A stretch of DNA of 64,000 nucleotides from Aeriscardovia sp. (GCA_017965665.1 JAGCPN010000002.1:3479-67478), one strand, 5' to 3'. Shown: positions 35,306-45,485, counted from the stretch's first letter. A program made the numbers and translations. Notes: a model not told the origin generated them from the letters alone.

Positions 35306-36081
35306 TTTTCCTCCTTTTTCGGGCGGTCCCCCTCAAGGTTCCATCCCAGATCTTTTAAAAGCTTTGAATCGGCCTTGTCAAGGTCGCGACACCAAAGCCT
35401 CTCTATGAGGTCGGGCCTGAAGCGGTCCGTCTTTTTCAGGCTTTCGTCCCTCCTGAACCTGTCGACTTTCCCGTGGTCCCCGGAAATGAGGATTTGGGGA
35501 GCGTCCATACCCCTCCATGAGAAGGGGCGGGTGTACTGGCTGTATTCCAAAATCCCGTTTTCATAGGATTCTTCTTCCAGCGAGGCGCGGTTCCCCATAA
35601 AGCCGGGCAGAAGCCTGCACACTGCCTCCAGCATTACGCAGGCCGCGCTCTCGCCACCGGAGAGGATGTAGTCTCCGATGCAAAAGCCCATCACCCTCCA
35701 TCCCTTCTTCAGGCACCACTGCCACACCCTCTCGTCTATTCCCTCGTACCTTCCGCAGCACACGACTATCCACTCTTCCCGGGAAAGTTCATGCGCCGCC
35801 CTTTGGGTGAAGAGGGGGGAAGAGGCGCAGGGGTAGGTTATAAGTGGCTTTCCATCCCCGATGACGCCCTGAAGCGCCCTCGCCCACACTTCCGGCTTCA
35901 TCACCATTCCGGCTCCGCCGCCGAGGGGGGTGTCGTCTACGGATCTGTGGACGCCCGTGGCAAAATCCCTTAGGTCTACGGCGTTTATCTGCACTACCCC
36001 GCTCTCTATGGCCTTTCCAAAGAGCGCAAGTTTTAGCGAATCGAAGTAGGAGGGAAATATCGAAATGAGATCTACCCGCAT
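35302..36081 (-). CDS. trmD: tRNA (guanine37-N1)-methyltransferase
   Basis: MRVDLISIFPSYF..., VDDTPLGGGAGMVMKPE and CGRYEGIDERV. The start is moved from 36150 to the ATG at 36081, giving a conserved N-terminus. Confidence 0.92.
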   Translation of the reverse strand: MRVDLISIFPSYFDSLKLALFGKAIESGVVQINAVDLRDFATGVHRSVDDTPLGGGAGMVMKPEVWARALQGVIGDGKPLITYPCASSPLFTQRAAHELSREEWIVVCCGRYEGIDERVWQWCLKKGWRVMGFCIGDYILSGGESAACVMLEAVCRLLPGFMGNRASLEEESYENGILEYSQYTRPFSWRGMDAPQILISGDHGKVDRFRRDESLKKTDRFRPDLIERLWCRDLDKADSKLLKDLGWNLEGDRPKKEEK

Positions 36082-36515
36082 CAGAATATTGCGCTTATAA
36101 ATCCTATGGCCACCAGGGCGACCGATATAAAGTTCATTATGGTCTTCCACATCAGCAGGTTCCTCAGGTCTCCGCGGGCCACGAGGAAGTTGCCGTTTTG
36201 GGGGGCGTTCTGCATGAACTGGGAAGCGGGCATGGACTGGGGCGGGACGGACTTGAAGTCGGGGTTGCTAATGGTGCCGTCTTTCAAATCTTTGAGCCCC
36301 TGGGGGCCTATCTTGAAGATTTTTATCCTCGCCATTTCGTCCAGCCCGTAGGCGATGGTTTGAAAGAGCAGGGAGAGCAGGAAGCACCACATGGCCAGCT
36401 CCCTGTCCATGCTCATGGAGCTTGTGGCGCACATCAGCATCAAAAACAGGCATATGGCGTCCATCCAGCACTCTGCGGCCTTGCGCGGCCCGCTGTATTG
36501 CGATCGAAAAATCAT
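36081..36515 (-). CDS. Hypothetical membrane protein
   Basis: 144 aa with about 3 predicted TM segments and no motif I recognise. It is wedged between rimM and trmD, and its stop overlaps the trmD start. Confidence 0.45.
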   Translation of the reverse strand: MIFRSQYSGPRKAAECWMDAICLFLMLMCATSSMSMDRELAMWCFLLSLLFQTIAYGLDEMARIKIFKIGPQGLKDLKDGTISNPDFKSVPPQSMPASQFMQNAPQNGNFLVARGDLRNLLMWKTIMNFISVALVAIGFISAIF

Positions 36516-36542
36516 GTCACCTGCTTTAAAGTGGGGGCAGCG

Positions 36543-37040
36543 TCAAAAGCTGCACGCCGTCAAAAGGCCGTCCGGGAGGCTCATCACAATTTTCCCGCCT
36601 TTCAGATCCACCTGCTTTACAAAATCCGGAGCCCAGGGGATGAGGCACTTGGAACCGGATCTGTCGACTTCGAGAAGGAGCTGGGGAGTTTCAAGGATGC
36701 CCGATACGATCCCCACTTCTCCCTCTCCTTCCACTTCCACTCTAAGGCCGGGCAGGTCCTTAAAGTAAATCCCCTTTTCGTCGCTCTTCCCCGCCTCCGC
36801 GAAGAGGTCGCGCCCGCGCAGGGCCTCGGCCTTCTCTCTGGAGTCTATCCCCGACAGGGACAAAAGCGTGCCGGAGGCACCCTGCCTGGATCCGCGCACT
36901 TTGTACTCTTTTCCCCCTTCGTCGAACAGGGCCGCGCCCTTTTTCAGGCGCCTGCCCGGTTCATCGGTGGTGAGAAAGAATGCCACTTCGCCCCTCACTC
37001 CGTGGGGCTTTACAACCGTTCCAACTCGGACTAAATCCAT
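36543..37040 (-). CDS. rimM: 16S rRNA processing protein RimM
   Basis: 165 aa reading VRVGTVVKPHGVRGEV... with a C-terminal PRC-barrel region. It sits between rpsP and trmD. Confidence 0.88.
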   Translation of the reverse strand: MDLVRVGTVVKPHGVRGEVAFFLTTDEPGRRLKKGAALFDEGGKEYKVRGSRQGASGTLLSLSGIDSREKAEALRGRDLFAEAGKSDEKGIYFKDLPGLRVEVEGEGEVGIVSGILETPQLLLEVDRSGSKCLIPWAPDFVKQVDLKGGKIVMSLPDGLLTACSF

Positions 37041-37064
37041 CTCGGAAACTCCAGATTAGAGCAG

Positions 37065-37108
37065 AAGATAAAAAAGAAAAAGCGGGGAAGGGGCAGGCCC
37101 TCCCCCGC
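37065..37108 (-). terminator. Hairpin plus T-run between rpsP and rimM (possible attenuator)
   Basis: On the minus strand, GCGGGGGAGGG pairs with CCCCTTCCCCGC (one mismatch) and is followed by TTTTTCTTTTTTATC. Confidence 0.5.
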
Positions 37109-37125
37109 GTCCGCGTCCGGCAATC

Positions 37126-37509
37126 CTACTCTCCGACCTCGTCAGCCGCGTGCTTGGCCTTGAGCGCCTGAGCCTCGTCGCTCACTTCTTCGACCTTCTT
37201 TTCGGCGCTCACCTTCTGGGCGGGCATCTTCAAGGTGCCCTCGGCCCCCGGAAGGCCCTTGAACTTCTGCCAGTCCCCCGTAATTTTGAGGAGGACCAGG
37301 ACGGGGTCGGAAGGCTGGGCGCCCACGGCGAGCCAGCGCTGCACCTTTTCGGAATCTATGTGTATGAGGGAGGGGTTGGGATTGGGGTTGTAGTATCCCA
37401 CTTCCTCTATGACTTTCCCGTCGCGCTTCTTGCGCTGATCCACCACAACCACGCGGTACTGGGGATCGTGGATCTTCCCCGTTCGCTTCAGCCTAATCCT
37501 TGTAGACAC
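37126..37509 (-). CDS. rpsP: 30S ribosomal protein S16 (with C-terminal extension)
   Basis: 127 aa reading [38 protein letters not shown]. Confidence 0.93.
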   Translation of the reverse strand: MSTRIRLKRTGKIHDPQYRVVVVDQRKKRDGKVIEEVGYYNPNPNPSLIHIDSEKVQRWLAVGAQPSDPVLVLLKITGDWQKFKGLPGAEGTLKMPAQKVSAEKKVEEVSDEAQALKAKHAADEVGE

Positions 37510-37638
37510 AGCCCTAACTCCTTTTTTCTTAACAGAAATCTGACTTTTCTATTTAAGTGGGGCATAAACAAATCAGTCATTTACCGCCTGCGCCGCGTGA
37601 GAGGGAAAATCGACGCATTTCAAATACAGTATAGTACC

Positions 37639-38661
37639 TTACTCCTCTTCTTTGCCAAGGCAGCTGACGAGGGCGAGGTGGTCGGTTCCGGGAATTTTTT
37701 TGGTCTTCACCCGGTAGCTCCTGATTCCCGGAGAGTGAAGGACGTGGTCGAGCTCCAAGGCCTCGTGCCATCCCTTCCAGGTGGCGGGAAAGGTGGGATG
37801 GAGGCCGGTGTGCACTTCCATAGACGAATCTTTCATCCCCCTTTTGATGACCGCCCTAAAAGAGGGAAGGTCGAGAGAGGAGTTCATGTCCCCCATCACC
37901 ACCGCAAAATCCGCCTCCCTCTTCGCCGGGGGCTCCGCTATGGGCAGCACCGGGCACATTTTCGGCATCTTCACGCTTTTTCCGGTGGTGTAAGAGATAA
38001 ATGAGGCCAGGTGGTTCACGCCCCAGCCCCAAAAGTCTCCGCCCCGATGGGGGGACTTGGGGTGCACGCTGGCCACAAGCAGGGTCCCCCCGTCAAAGTC
38101 GAACTTCATCGCGGGGCACCGGGCCGCGGCGATGTCGACGGTGGAGCGCAGGCTCTCGGAGGGAGGGATGCGGCTGAGGACCATGTTGAACCCACCGTTG
38201 TCTTCTCCGCTCTCGCCACCCGAAACCTGGTAGGGGAAGCGGGGGAAGAGGGCGACCTTTTCCTGAAGGTCGCAGCTGACTTCCTGAAGGGCCAGGACGT
38301 CCACCCCTTCTTTTTCGGCAAAGCTCTCTATGGCCCCGGCGTCGGCCCTGCCGTACCTGCAGTTCAAAGTCATCACGGTCAGCAGCTTTTTTTGGGCTTT
38401 TTTCCTCTTTCCGAAAAAGTAAGATCTCAGGAACCATATCTCCCAGAGGACGAAGAGGGATCCCAAAATCCCGCACCCCCAGTCTCCGCTCCCGTAGGAG
38501 ACGACGGTGATGAGGAGCTCGGCTGCTGCAGTATAGGGGCTGAGGGCTATAAGTTCTGTCAGGGGCCTTTTGGAATCCAGCCCGGCCGGGATGAGGCGAA
38601 GGAGCAGGAGGAGGGCGAAAAGGGAAGAAAGGACCCAGCAGACGATATGGAGGGCCAGCAT
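37639..38661 (-). CDS. Membrane-anchored endonuclease/exonuclease/phosphatase (EEP) family protein
   Basis: 340 aa with N-terminal TM segments followed by an EEP fold pattern (VMTLNCRYG, DVLALQEV, VVMGDMNS, SDHLAL-like TDHLAL at the C-terminus). Confidence 0.75.
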   Translation of the reverse strand: MLALHIVCWVLSSLFALLLLLRLIPAGLDSKRPLTELIALSPYTAAAELLITVVSYGSGDWGCGILGSLFVLWEIWFLRSYFFGKRKKAQKKLLTVMTLNCRYGRADAGAIESFAEKEGVDVLALQEVSCDLQEKVALFPRFPYQVSGGESGEDNGGFNMVLSRIPPSESLRSTVDIAAARCPAMKFDFDGGTLLVASVHPKSPHRGGDFWGWGVNHLASFISYTTGKSVKMPKMCPVLPIAEPPAKREADFAVVMGDMNSSLDLPSFRAVIKRGMKDSSMEVHTGLHPTFPATWKGWHEALELDHVLHSPGIRSYRVKTKKIPGTDHLALVSCLGKEEE

Positions 38662-38662
38662 T

Positions 38663-40144
38663 TCAGTCGAGCTTTTTTGCGCCGAGCTTTTCCATGAGGG
38701 CCCTCTCCTCTTCTTCCCTCTTGGCGGGATTGCCCGATTTGAACTTCTTTTTCTTGCCCTGACCCTTGCCCTTGGAAGAGCCCTTCCCTCCGGAGGTGAG
38801 GGCGAAGGGATCCATGGGCGCTCCGGCGATATTGGGCCCCATTTTCTTCATCATCTTGGAAGCCTGGGCGAAGCGGGTGAGCAGGGCGTTCACTTCCCCC
38901 ACGTTCGTCCCGGAGCCTCTGGCGATCCTTGCGCGCCTAGATCCGTTGATGATGTCGGGGTGCGCCTTCTCTTCGGGGGTCATAGAGGAGATGATGGCGG
39001 TTATCCTGTCGAGCTTTCCCTCGTCCATGTCCTCGATCTGGCTGCGGTACTGGTTCATGCTGGGCAGCATCATCAGCATCTTCTTGATGGAGCCCATCTT
39101 CTTTATCTGCTCCAGGGAGTTTACGAAGTCGTCCAGCCCGAAGGTTCCGCCTTGGATCTTCTTTGCAACCTCTTCCCCGCTCTTTTCGTCAAACTCCCTC
39201 TCCGCCTTCTCTATGAGGGTGAGGGTGTCTCCCATGTCCAGGATCCTGCTGGCCATGCGGTCGGGATGGAAGACTTCGAAATCTTTGAGCTTTTCCCCGT
39301 CGGAAGCGAAGAGGATGGGCTTTCCGGTCATGCCCGTGACAGACAGCGCCGCCCCGCCCCTGGCGTCGCCGTCGAGCTTGGTCAAAATTATCCCGGTAAA
39401 GCCCACGCCCTTCTCGAAAGCTTCGGCCACCTTCACCGCGTCCTGGCCGATCATGGAATCTACTACCAATAGGACTTCGTCTGCCGCCACAGCCTTCTTT
39501 ATCTGCCCCGCCTCTTTGACCAGGGCGTCGTCTAGCGCCAGGCGCCCGGCGGTGTCGATAATGACGGTGTCGTAGAGCTTACGCCTGGCAAAGTCGAGGG
39601 CGTCTTTGGCGACCTTCACCGGATTTTTCCTGGCCAGCCATCCGCTTAGATCCGGCGTGTAGATCCCCGATCCCGCCTCTTTGGCCACTTTGGAGACCTG
39701 CTCAACTGCGGCCGCCCTCTGAAGATCGGCGGCGACGAGGAGGGGGGTGTGTCCGGTCTGCTTAAGCCAGAAAGCGAGCTTTCCGGCGAGGGTAGTTTTG
39801 CCCGCGCCCTGCAGGCCCAGGAGCATTATCACGGTGGGGGGGTTCTTGGCAAAGCGAAGCGGCCTCTCCACGCCCTCCCCCAGCGCCTTTTCCAGCTCCC
39901 CGTAGACAATCTTGACTACCTGCTCGCTGGGGTTGAGGGCTCTGGAGACCTGGACCCCCATGGCCTTTTCCTTTACCTCGGCGCAGAACTTCTGGACTAC
40001 CGGCAGGGAGACGTCGGCGTCGAGCAGGACCGTCCTTATCCCGGCAACGGTCTCATCTATGTCTTTTTCACTCAGCTTTCCCTTCGAATGGGCGAAGGAA
40101 AAGACTTTCGAAAGCTTGTCGCTTAGAGAACTGAAAGCGGTCAT
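38663..40144 (-). CDS. ffh: Signal recognition particle protein Ffh
   Basis: 493 aa with GLQGAGKTT, DTAGRL, TKLDGDARGGAALS and a Met-rich M domain. Confidence 0.95.
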   Translation of the reverse strand: MTAFSSLSDKLSKVFSFAHSKGKLSEKDIDETVAGIRTVLLDADVSLPVVQKFCAEVKEKAMGVQVSRALNPSEQVVKIVYGELEKALGEGVERPLRFAKNPPTVIMLLGLQGAGKTTLAGKLAFWLKQTGHTPLLVAADLQRAAAVEQVSKVAKEAGSGIYTPDLSGWLARKNPVKVAKDALDFARRKLYDTVIIDTAGRLALDDALVKEAGQIKKAVAADEVLLVVDSMIGQDAVKVAEAFEKGVGFTGIILTKLDGDARGGAALSVTGMTGKPILFASDGEKLKDFEVFHPDRMASRILDMGDTLTLIEKAEREFDEKSGEEVAKKIQGGTFGLDDFVNSLEQIKKMGSIKKMLMMLPSMNQYRSQIEDMDEGKLDRITAIISSMTPEEKAHPDIINGSRRARIARGSGTNVGEVNALLTRFAQASKMMKKMGPNIAGAPMDPFALTSGGKGSSKGKGQGKKKKFKSGNPAKREEEERALMEKLGAKKLD

Positions 40145-40149
40145 GGGTC

Positions 40150-41601
40150 TTACTTTATCTCCTCAGTATTCAGGCGGCGCCAGCAGGTGCCGCTCTTTCC
40201 GTCTTCGAGGGCCACCCCGGCCCCTTTCAAAAGCTCCCTGACGGCGTCGGCCTTTTCAAAGTCCTTCTCCCGCCTCGCCTTTTCCCTCTCCCCTATCAGG
40301 GCTTCGACGAGGGGCGCCAGGGCGTCGCCGGCTTCGGCCTTCTTCCATGCGGGGTCCAGGGGCGAAAGGCCCAGGACCGAAAGCATGGAGAAGGCGGAAA
40401 GGATGGGGCCTTCCAATTCCTCCCTCGCCCCCCCGGATCGCATGGAGGAGTTCAGGGAGCGAAGGCAATCGAAGAGGGCGGCCAGGGCCGTTCCCACGTC
40501 GAGGTCGTCATCCATGGCGGAGGAGAACTTTTTGGGGAGGGCCTCTTTGGGCAGGCTTTCAGCTTCCTTCTGAAGGATGGCCCTGCCCAAAAACCTCTCG
40601 GTCGCGTCTTTGAAGCTAAAGACGCGCTTTTCGACTTCCCGGGCCTCCCTTCCGGCTTCATCGCCCCATTCGAGCATAGACCTGTAGTGGACGGATCCCA
40701 GGGCGAAGCGGAGGGCCCAGGGGGAGAACTTCTCGCACACTTCCTCCACCCCCAGCCCGTTTCCGAGGGACTTGCTCATCTTTTCGCCCTTCTGCGTCAC
40801 CCAGGCGGAGTGGAGCCAGTAGCGGGCCGTGGGCCATCCGGCGGCCAGGGACTGGGCCATTTCGTTTTCGTGGTGCGGGAAGCGCAGGTCCAGGCCGCCG
40901 CCGTGGATGTCGAAATCAGAGCCCAAAAACCTGTGGCTCATGGCCGAGCACTCCAGGTGCCAGCCAGGCCGGCCCCTGCCGAAGGGGGCCTGCCATGAGG
41001 CGGAGGACGGCTCGGAAGGCTTGGGGGCTTTCCAAAGGGCAAAATCTCTGGGATGCCTCTTGCCCGTGCCCTCTTCCTCGGCCTCCTCGTCTCCCTCCCC
41101 CTGGCGGGTGAGGGCCCCGTAGTCCTTCCACTTTGCCGTGTCGAAGTAGACGTCGGCCCCGCCCTCTTCGCCCCGGGGCACCCTGTAGGCAAAGCCCCGT
41201 TCCAGCAGTATCTCCACAAGATCCACCATTTCCGGGATCTGTCCGGTGGCCCGGGGCTCGTAAGTGGGGGGGAGGACGTTTAAAAGCGAGTAGTCCCGCT
41301 CGAATGCCCTTTCGAACCGGTAGGCCAGGGCCCACCACTCTTCCCCGCCCTCCTGGGCCTTCCTGAGGATCTTGTCGTCGATGTCGGTGACGTTCCTTAT
41401 GAAGTTCACTTCGTACCCGGATTTTTCCAGCCACCGGCGCAGGATGTCGAAAGCCACGGCAGAGCGCATATGGCCTATGTGGGCCTTGCCCTGAACGGTG
41501 GCTCCGCACACGTACACCCCGGCCTTGCCGGGAACTTTGGGGGAAAACTCCTCTTCGCGCCTGGAGAGGGAGTTAAAAAGGTAAAGGGTCTGTCTTTCCA
41601 T
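40150..41601 (-). CDS. cysS: Cysteinyl-tRNA synthetase
   Basis: 483 aa with HIGHMRS (HIGH) and KMSKSLGN (KMSKS). Confidence 0.95.
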   Translation of the reverse strand: MERQTLYLFNSLSRREEEFSPKVPGKAGVYVCGATVQGKAHIGHMRSAVAFDILRRWLEKSGYEVNFIRNVTDIDDKILRKAQEGGEEWWALAYRFERAFERDYSLLNVLPPTYEPRATGQIPEMVDLVEILLERGFAYRVPRGEEGGADVYFDTAKWKDYGALTRQGEGDEEAEEEGTGKRHPRDFALWKAPKPSEPSSASWQAPFGRGRPGWHLECSAMSHRFLGSDFDIHGGGLDLRFPHHENEMAQSLAAGWPTARYWLHSAWVTQKGEKMSKSLGNGLGVEEVCEKFSPWALRFALGSVHYRSMLEWGDEAGREAREVEKRVFSFKDATERFLGRAILQKEAESLPKEALPKKFSSAMDDDLDVGTALAALFDCLRSLNSSMRSGGAREELEGPILSAFSMLSVLGLSPLDPAWKKAEAGDALAPLVEALIGEREKARREKDFEKADAVRELLKGAGVALEDGKSGTCWRRLNTEEIK

Positions 41602-41619
41602 GCGCCTCCAATTTCGCGC

Positions 41620-42408
41620 TTAATCCCCGCCGCTTCTGTCCTTTAAAGCCTTCCAGGACAGCTTTGCGGCCTCCTCTTCTGCGGCCTTCTTTTTGCGCCC
41701 CCGACCCTCGGCCAAAATTTCCCCGGAGGGCAGGGAGCACTCGGATTCAAAGCCCCCCTTTTCCTGGTCGGGACGGGTGGAAAAGGCGGGCTCGCCCAGA
41801 TCCATCGAGCGGGCGAGGACGGAGAGGGTGGTCTTCCAGTCCATGTAAGGATTTGCCCCGTCCAGCTCTCTCAGGTTTTCTTCCATCCTCTTTTCGAGCC
41901 TTGGCCCTGCGAACTTTTCCGCCGCCGGCCAGCCCCCGCTCAAAAACACCGCCCCCACGAGGGCTTCGAAGGTGTCGCACAGGAGGCTCTTTTGTTCCCG
42001 GTCCCCCTCCCTGCCAGCCCCCTTGCCCAAGAGCAGGAAGTGGTCCAGGGAAAGTTCCAGGGCTATTTTGGCCAGGCCCTCTTCGCGCACGGCCGTCATC
42101 CTAAGCGAACTCATCTCCCTCTCGGTCATGTCGGGGAAGCGGTTGAAAAGGTAGATGGTGGCGATCGCCTGAATGACGGAATCTCCCAAAAACTCCAGCC
42201 TCTCGTTGTTAGGGGCGTCGGGGTGCTCGTGGGAAAAAGAGCGGTGGGTGAAGCTGCGCATGAGGAGGTCTGGGGGGACCTCGACTCCTATGGCCTCCGT
42301 GATCTGCGGCACGCGCGCCAAGAGGCGCCTCCAGGGCCTCAGCGATCCCACGGGATGCTTTACCGGTGCCGCCTCTTCCCGGCTCTGCCTGTTGACGCTG
42401 TGGGCCAA
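41620..42408 (-). CDS. rnc: Ribonuclease III
   Basis: ERLEFLGDSV signature plus a C-terminal dsRBD. The N-terminal extension and start are uncertain. Confidence 0.9.
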   Translation of the reverse strand: MAHSVNRQSREEAAPVKHPVGSLRPWRRLLARVPQITEAIGVEVPPDLLMRSFTHRSFSHEHPDAPNNERLEFLGDSVIQAIATIYLFNRFPDMTEREMSSLRMTAVREEGLAKIALELSLDHFLLLGKGAGREGDREQKSLLCDTFEALVGAVFLSGGWPAAEKFAGPRLEKRMEENLRELDGANPYMDWKTTLSVLARSMDLGEPAFSTRPDQEKGGFESECSLPSGEILAEGRGRKKKAAEEEAAKLSWKALKDRSGGD

Positions 42409-42472
42409 AGCCCCCTCCCGTAGATAAAAATTAACCGCCCCCTTCGGAGCGGCGGCAAAGAAGCGGCTCAGC

Positions 42473-42661
42473 CTACTTCTTGTACTTTATGGCTTCCTTG
42501 TAAGTCTTGCCGCGCCAATTTCCGCAAAACGGGCAGGCCGCGTTCTGGAGGGTGGGCCTTCCGCAGTTGGGGCACTTGGTGGTTGTCGTAGCATCTGCTT
42601 TCCATGCAGATCTGCGGGTGTGTATGTTGGCACGCGAGGTCTTATACTTGGGCAGCGCCAT
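42473..42661 (-). CDS. rpmF: 50S ribosomal protein L32
   Basis: 62 aa reading [17 protein letters not shown]...CPNCG...CPFCG. Confidence 0.92.
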   Translation of the reverse strand: MALPKYKTSRANIHTRRSAWKADATTTTKCPNCGRPTLQNAACPFCGNWRGKTYKEAIKYKK

Positions 42662-42713
42662 TCTAACTCCTTTAATTTTCTAAGCTTACTTTTCAGATTT
42701 TAGTTCCAAAGCC

Positions 42714-43265
42714 CTACTTTGTCATTCGATCCCTCAGTTCCGATAATTTCGCGAACCTGGGGTCCGGGCCTTTTTCGTGGCTGTGCGGCCAAGATTCGTT
42801 CAAATCCTCCCCGCATACCGGGCACAGCCCCCTGCAGTCCGGGCGGCAGAGCCTGATCATCGACAGCTGCAGCGTCAGCTCGTCTCTAATCAGGCCTTCA
42901 AAATCCGCAAAGTCGCCCCGAAGAGGGTATATACCGTCCTCGTCTATCTGGTAACTCATGGGAGAATCCTCCTCCATGTCCTTTTGCGGGGGCATGAACG
43001 CCGAAAACTCGACCTCGACCGGCTTTTTTATGTCTTTTAGGCACCTAGAGCACTTCCCCTCCTCGAGGGCGGAGATCTTGCCCTTGGCCTCAATTCCCGA
43101 TCTCAGGGAGGAAAGGGTCGCCTGCACTCTGACGGGGCTCCCCTCCCTCACGCCGTAAAAAGAGTCCCCTATGCCGCTGGGCGCCCTGACCTCTAGATCC
43201 ACTTGCTGGCTGGATCCCGGATCCCTGAGAAGGGCCGCGACGGGCACCCTGTACTCGCTTTTCAC
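42714..43265 (-). CDS. DUF177 (YceD-like) protein
   Basis: 183 aa with a C-terminal CRPDCRGLCPVCGEDLN cysteine cluster. It sits upstream of rpmF, as DUF177 genes usually do. Confidence 0.85.
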   Translation of the reverse strand: MKSEYRVPVAALLRDPGSSQQVDLEVRAPSGIGDSFYGVREGSPVRVQATLSSLRSGIEAKGKISALEEGKCSRCLKDIKKPVEVEFSAFMPPQKDMEEDSPMSYQIDEDGIYPLRGDFADFEGLIRDELTLQLSMIRLCRPDCRGLCPVCGEDLNESWPHSHEKGPDPRFAKLSELRDRMTK

Positions 43266-43834
43266 TTCTTCACCCCTTTTTCGTACCTCTGCTTCTGCCT
43301 GGCTTCAATGCTGGCCACGCCTCCCTGGGCCGTGGCCTGCAGCTTTTGAAGCTCTGAAGAGAGCCCCCTAAGGCTCGAGAGGCAGTACTGGTCCGCAGAT
43401 TCTTCCAGGTTCTGCGCCCTCCTCGATGCCTCGCCCAGCATTTCGGCGCTCTTCGCCTTCGCATCGGCGATCATCTCCCCCGCCTTCTGGGAAGCGAGCC
43501 TGGCCACGCTGTCCTCGCTGGAGAGGTAGTCGGCCCTCTCCTGGGCCTCCCTGAGAATTTTTTCGGCCTTCGCCTTGGCCTCTTTCACGGTGCTTTCGGC
43601 CGCGGCTACCGCCTGCCCCATCCTGGCGTCGGCGCTCCTCATGATCTCCACCGCGCTCTTTAGCTGGGTGGGCAGGGCGCTTTTCAGTTCGTCCAGGATG
43701 CCTTCGAGAGAGGAGCGACTCACCTTTATCAGGTCCTGATCCATGAACCCGCTCCTGGCTTCTGACAGGATTTTGTACATTTTATCTATCAGGGAGAAAA
43801 TGTCCCCATATTCGCTGGGCTCTTCTTGTGCCAT
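43262..43834 (-). CDS. Coiled-coil protein (DivIVA/SepIVA-like by context)
   Basis: 190 aa, Ala/Glu/Lys-rich with heptad-like sequence. Its position upstream of DUF177-rpmF-rnc mirrors Rv2927c-Rv2926c-rnc in mycobacteria. Confidence 0.5.
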   Translation of the reverse strand: MAQEEPSEYGDIFSLIDKMYKILSEARSGFMDQDLIKVSRSSLEGILDELKSALPTQLKSAVEIMRSADARMGQAVAAAESTVKEAKAKAEKILREAQERADYLSSEDSVARLASQKAGEMIADAKAKSAEMLGEASRRAQNLEESADQYCLSSLRGLSSELQKLQATAQGGVASIEARQKQRYEKGVKK

Positions 43835-43896
43835 AAAATCCTCGCCTGAAATGAGAAAAACTACACCTATTCTATATTTTTTCGTAGCATGGAAGT

Positions 43897-44160
43897 ATGC
43901 AAATGAGCGATGACGGCCCCTCTACGGCCATAAAGGAAAAGCCCGAATCCAAAGTCGAAGAAGACAGGCTCTCGGGAGACTTCGATTCGGAAAAATATGC
44001 CCACTACGTCCAGAAAGAAAAGCTAAAAGATCTCGAGGCGGGTAAGCCCGTAGTGGCCCTGTGCGGGAAGGTGTGGGTCCCAAAAAAGGTTGTGGACAAC
44101 TACCCCGTCTGCCCCGAGTGCCAGAGGATTTACAAGTCCCTGTTCGGATCTCAAAACTAG
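43897..44160 (+). CDS. DUF3039 family protein
   Basis: 87 aa reading YAHYVQKEKL...GKPVVALCGKVWVPKKVVDNYPVCPECQRIY, the actinobacterial DUF3039 pattern. Confidence 0.7.
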   Translation: MQMSDDGPSTAIKEKPESKVEEDRLSGDFDSEKYAHYVQKEKLKDLEAGKPVVALCGKVWVPKKVVDNYPVCPECQRIYKSLFGSQN

Positions 44161-45485
44161 CGGGCCCGAACCAGCCTGGTATCTATCACGGGCTCTCCCG
44201 GAGAGAGCGAGAGGATTTTTTCGGGAAACTTTTTGAGCTCCCCTCTGCACCTCTCCCTGGCCTTCAGCAGCCCTTCTCTGCCCATCAGATCCGCCTCGGC
44301 TTCCCCGTTCTCGGCCACGGTGTGGAGCATGGGGACCAGCCCTTCCTTTTCCGCATGGGCCTTCTCCCACTTTTCCTTGCACTCCGCGGTCCCCATGACG
44401 ATGATCTCCTCTTCGTACTTTCCGTCCTTTTCGGATCTGAAGACCGACTTGGCGTAGGGGTAGCTCCTCTTGCCCACGCTCTTTTTCTGCACGGGCTGCA
44501 TCTTCCCGTTCCTGTCCTCCCTCTCCACGAGCTTGTAGACCATCTGGCTGGTGGGAATGCCGGATCCCGTTACCAGCCTCGTGCCTATCCCGCAGGCGTC
44601 CACGGGGGCGGAGTTCAAAGAGAGGAGGGCGTATTCGTCCAGGTCGCCCGTGACCGTAATTTTGGTCCCCGAAGCCCCCAGGGCGTCAAGTTCGGCGCGG
44701 ACCTGTCTGGCCATGGAGCCCAGGTCCCCCGAATCTATCCTCACGCCTTTGAGGTCCGGGCCTGCGATCTTCACGGCAGAAGCTATGGCCTTGGTCACGT
44801 CGAAAGTGTCTACGAGGAAGGTGGCGTTTTTGTTGTTTTTGAACTGCACCTCGAACGCCTGCTTTTCCGAATCGTGCACGAGCGTGAAGCTGTGGGCGCT
44901 GGTGCCGATGAGGGGGATGCCGTAGAGCATCCCGGCCTCCAGGTTGCTCGTGCCTTCAAAGCCTCCCACTATCGCCGCCCTCGCAGCCGCCACCGCGGCC
45001 CACTCGTTCATCCTCCGGCTCCCCATTTCGTAGCACGGCCTGTTGGGGTTGACGTGGCTCATCCTGCACGCGGCGCTGGCCACGGCAGAATCGTAGTTGA
45101 GGATGGAAAGGGCGAGGGTCTCCAGCAGCAGCCCTTCGGCGTAGCTGCTTTCGACCTGCATCACAGGGGAGAGCGGAAAGTACATGTCCCCCTCCATGTA
45201 GGACTTCAAAGTCCCCGTGAAGCGGAAGTTTTCAAGCCATGAGGCGGCCTTTTCGGAAATGATTTTTTTTGACAGGAGAAACTCTATCTGGCTCCCTGTG
45301 GGCCTCAGATCCTTAAGGGAGGACAAAAGTCGCCCCAGGCCGGCGAAGACCCCGTACCTTCGCCCCTCCCCCAGGCTCCTTGTATACACTTCGAACACGC
45401 ATCTTCTGAACGCCGACCCGTCCGAAAGGGCGTCGCTTAGCATGCTGTACTCGTACATGTCGGTCAAAAATGCCGCAGATTCCAT
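44157..45485 (-). CDS. pncB: Nicotinate phosphoribosyltransferase
   Basis: FLTDMYEYSM N-terminal motif and LIGTSAHSF. The start is moved from 45554 to the ATG at 45485. Confidence 0.88.
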   Translation of the reverse strand: MESAAFLTDMYEYSMLSDALSDGSAFRRCVFEVYTRSLGEGRRYGVFAGLGRLLSSLKDLRPTGSQIEFLLSKKIISEKAASWLENFRFTGTLKSYMEGDMYFPLSPVMQVESSYAEGLLLETLALSILNYDSAVASAACRMSHVNPNRPCYEMGSRRMNEWAAVAAARAAIVGGFEGTSNLEAGMLYGIPLIGTSAHSFTLVHDSEKQAFEVQFKNNKNATFLVDTFDVTKAIASAVKIAGPDLKGVRIDSGDLGSMARQVRAELDALGASGTKITVTGDLDEYALLSLNSAPVDACGIGTRLVTGSGIPTSQMVYKLVEREDRNGKMQPVQKKSVGKRSYPYAKSVFRSEKDGKYEEEIIVMGTAECKEKWEKAHAEKEGLVPMLHTVAENGEAEADLMGREGLLKARERCRGELKKFPEKILSLSPGEPVIDTRLVRAR

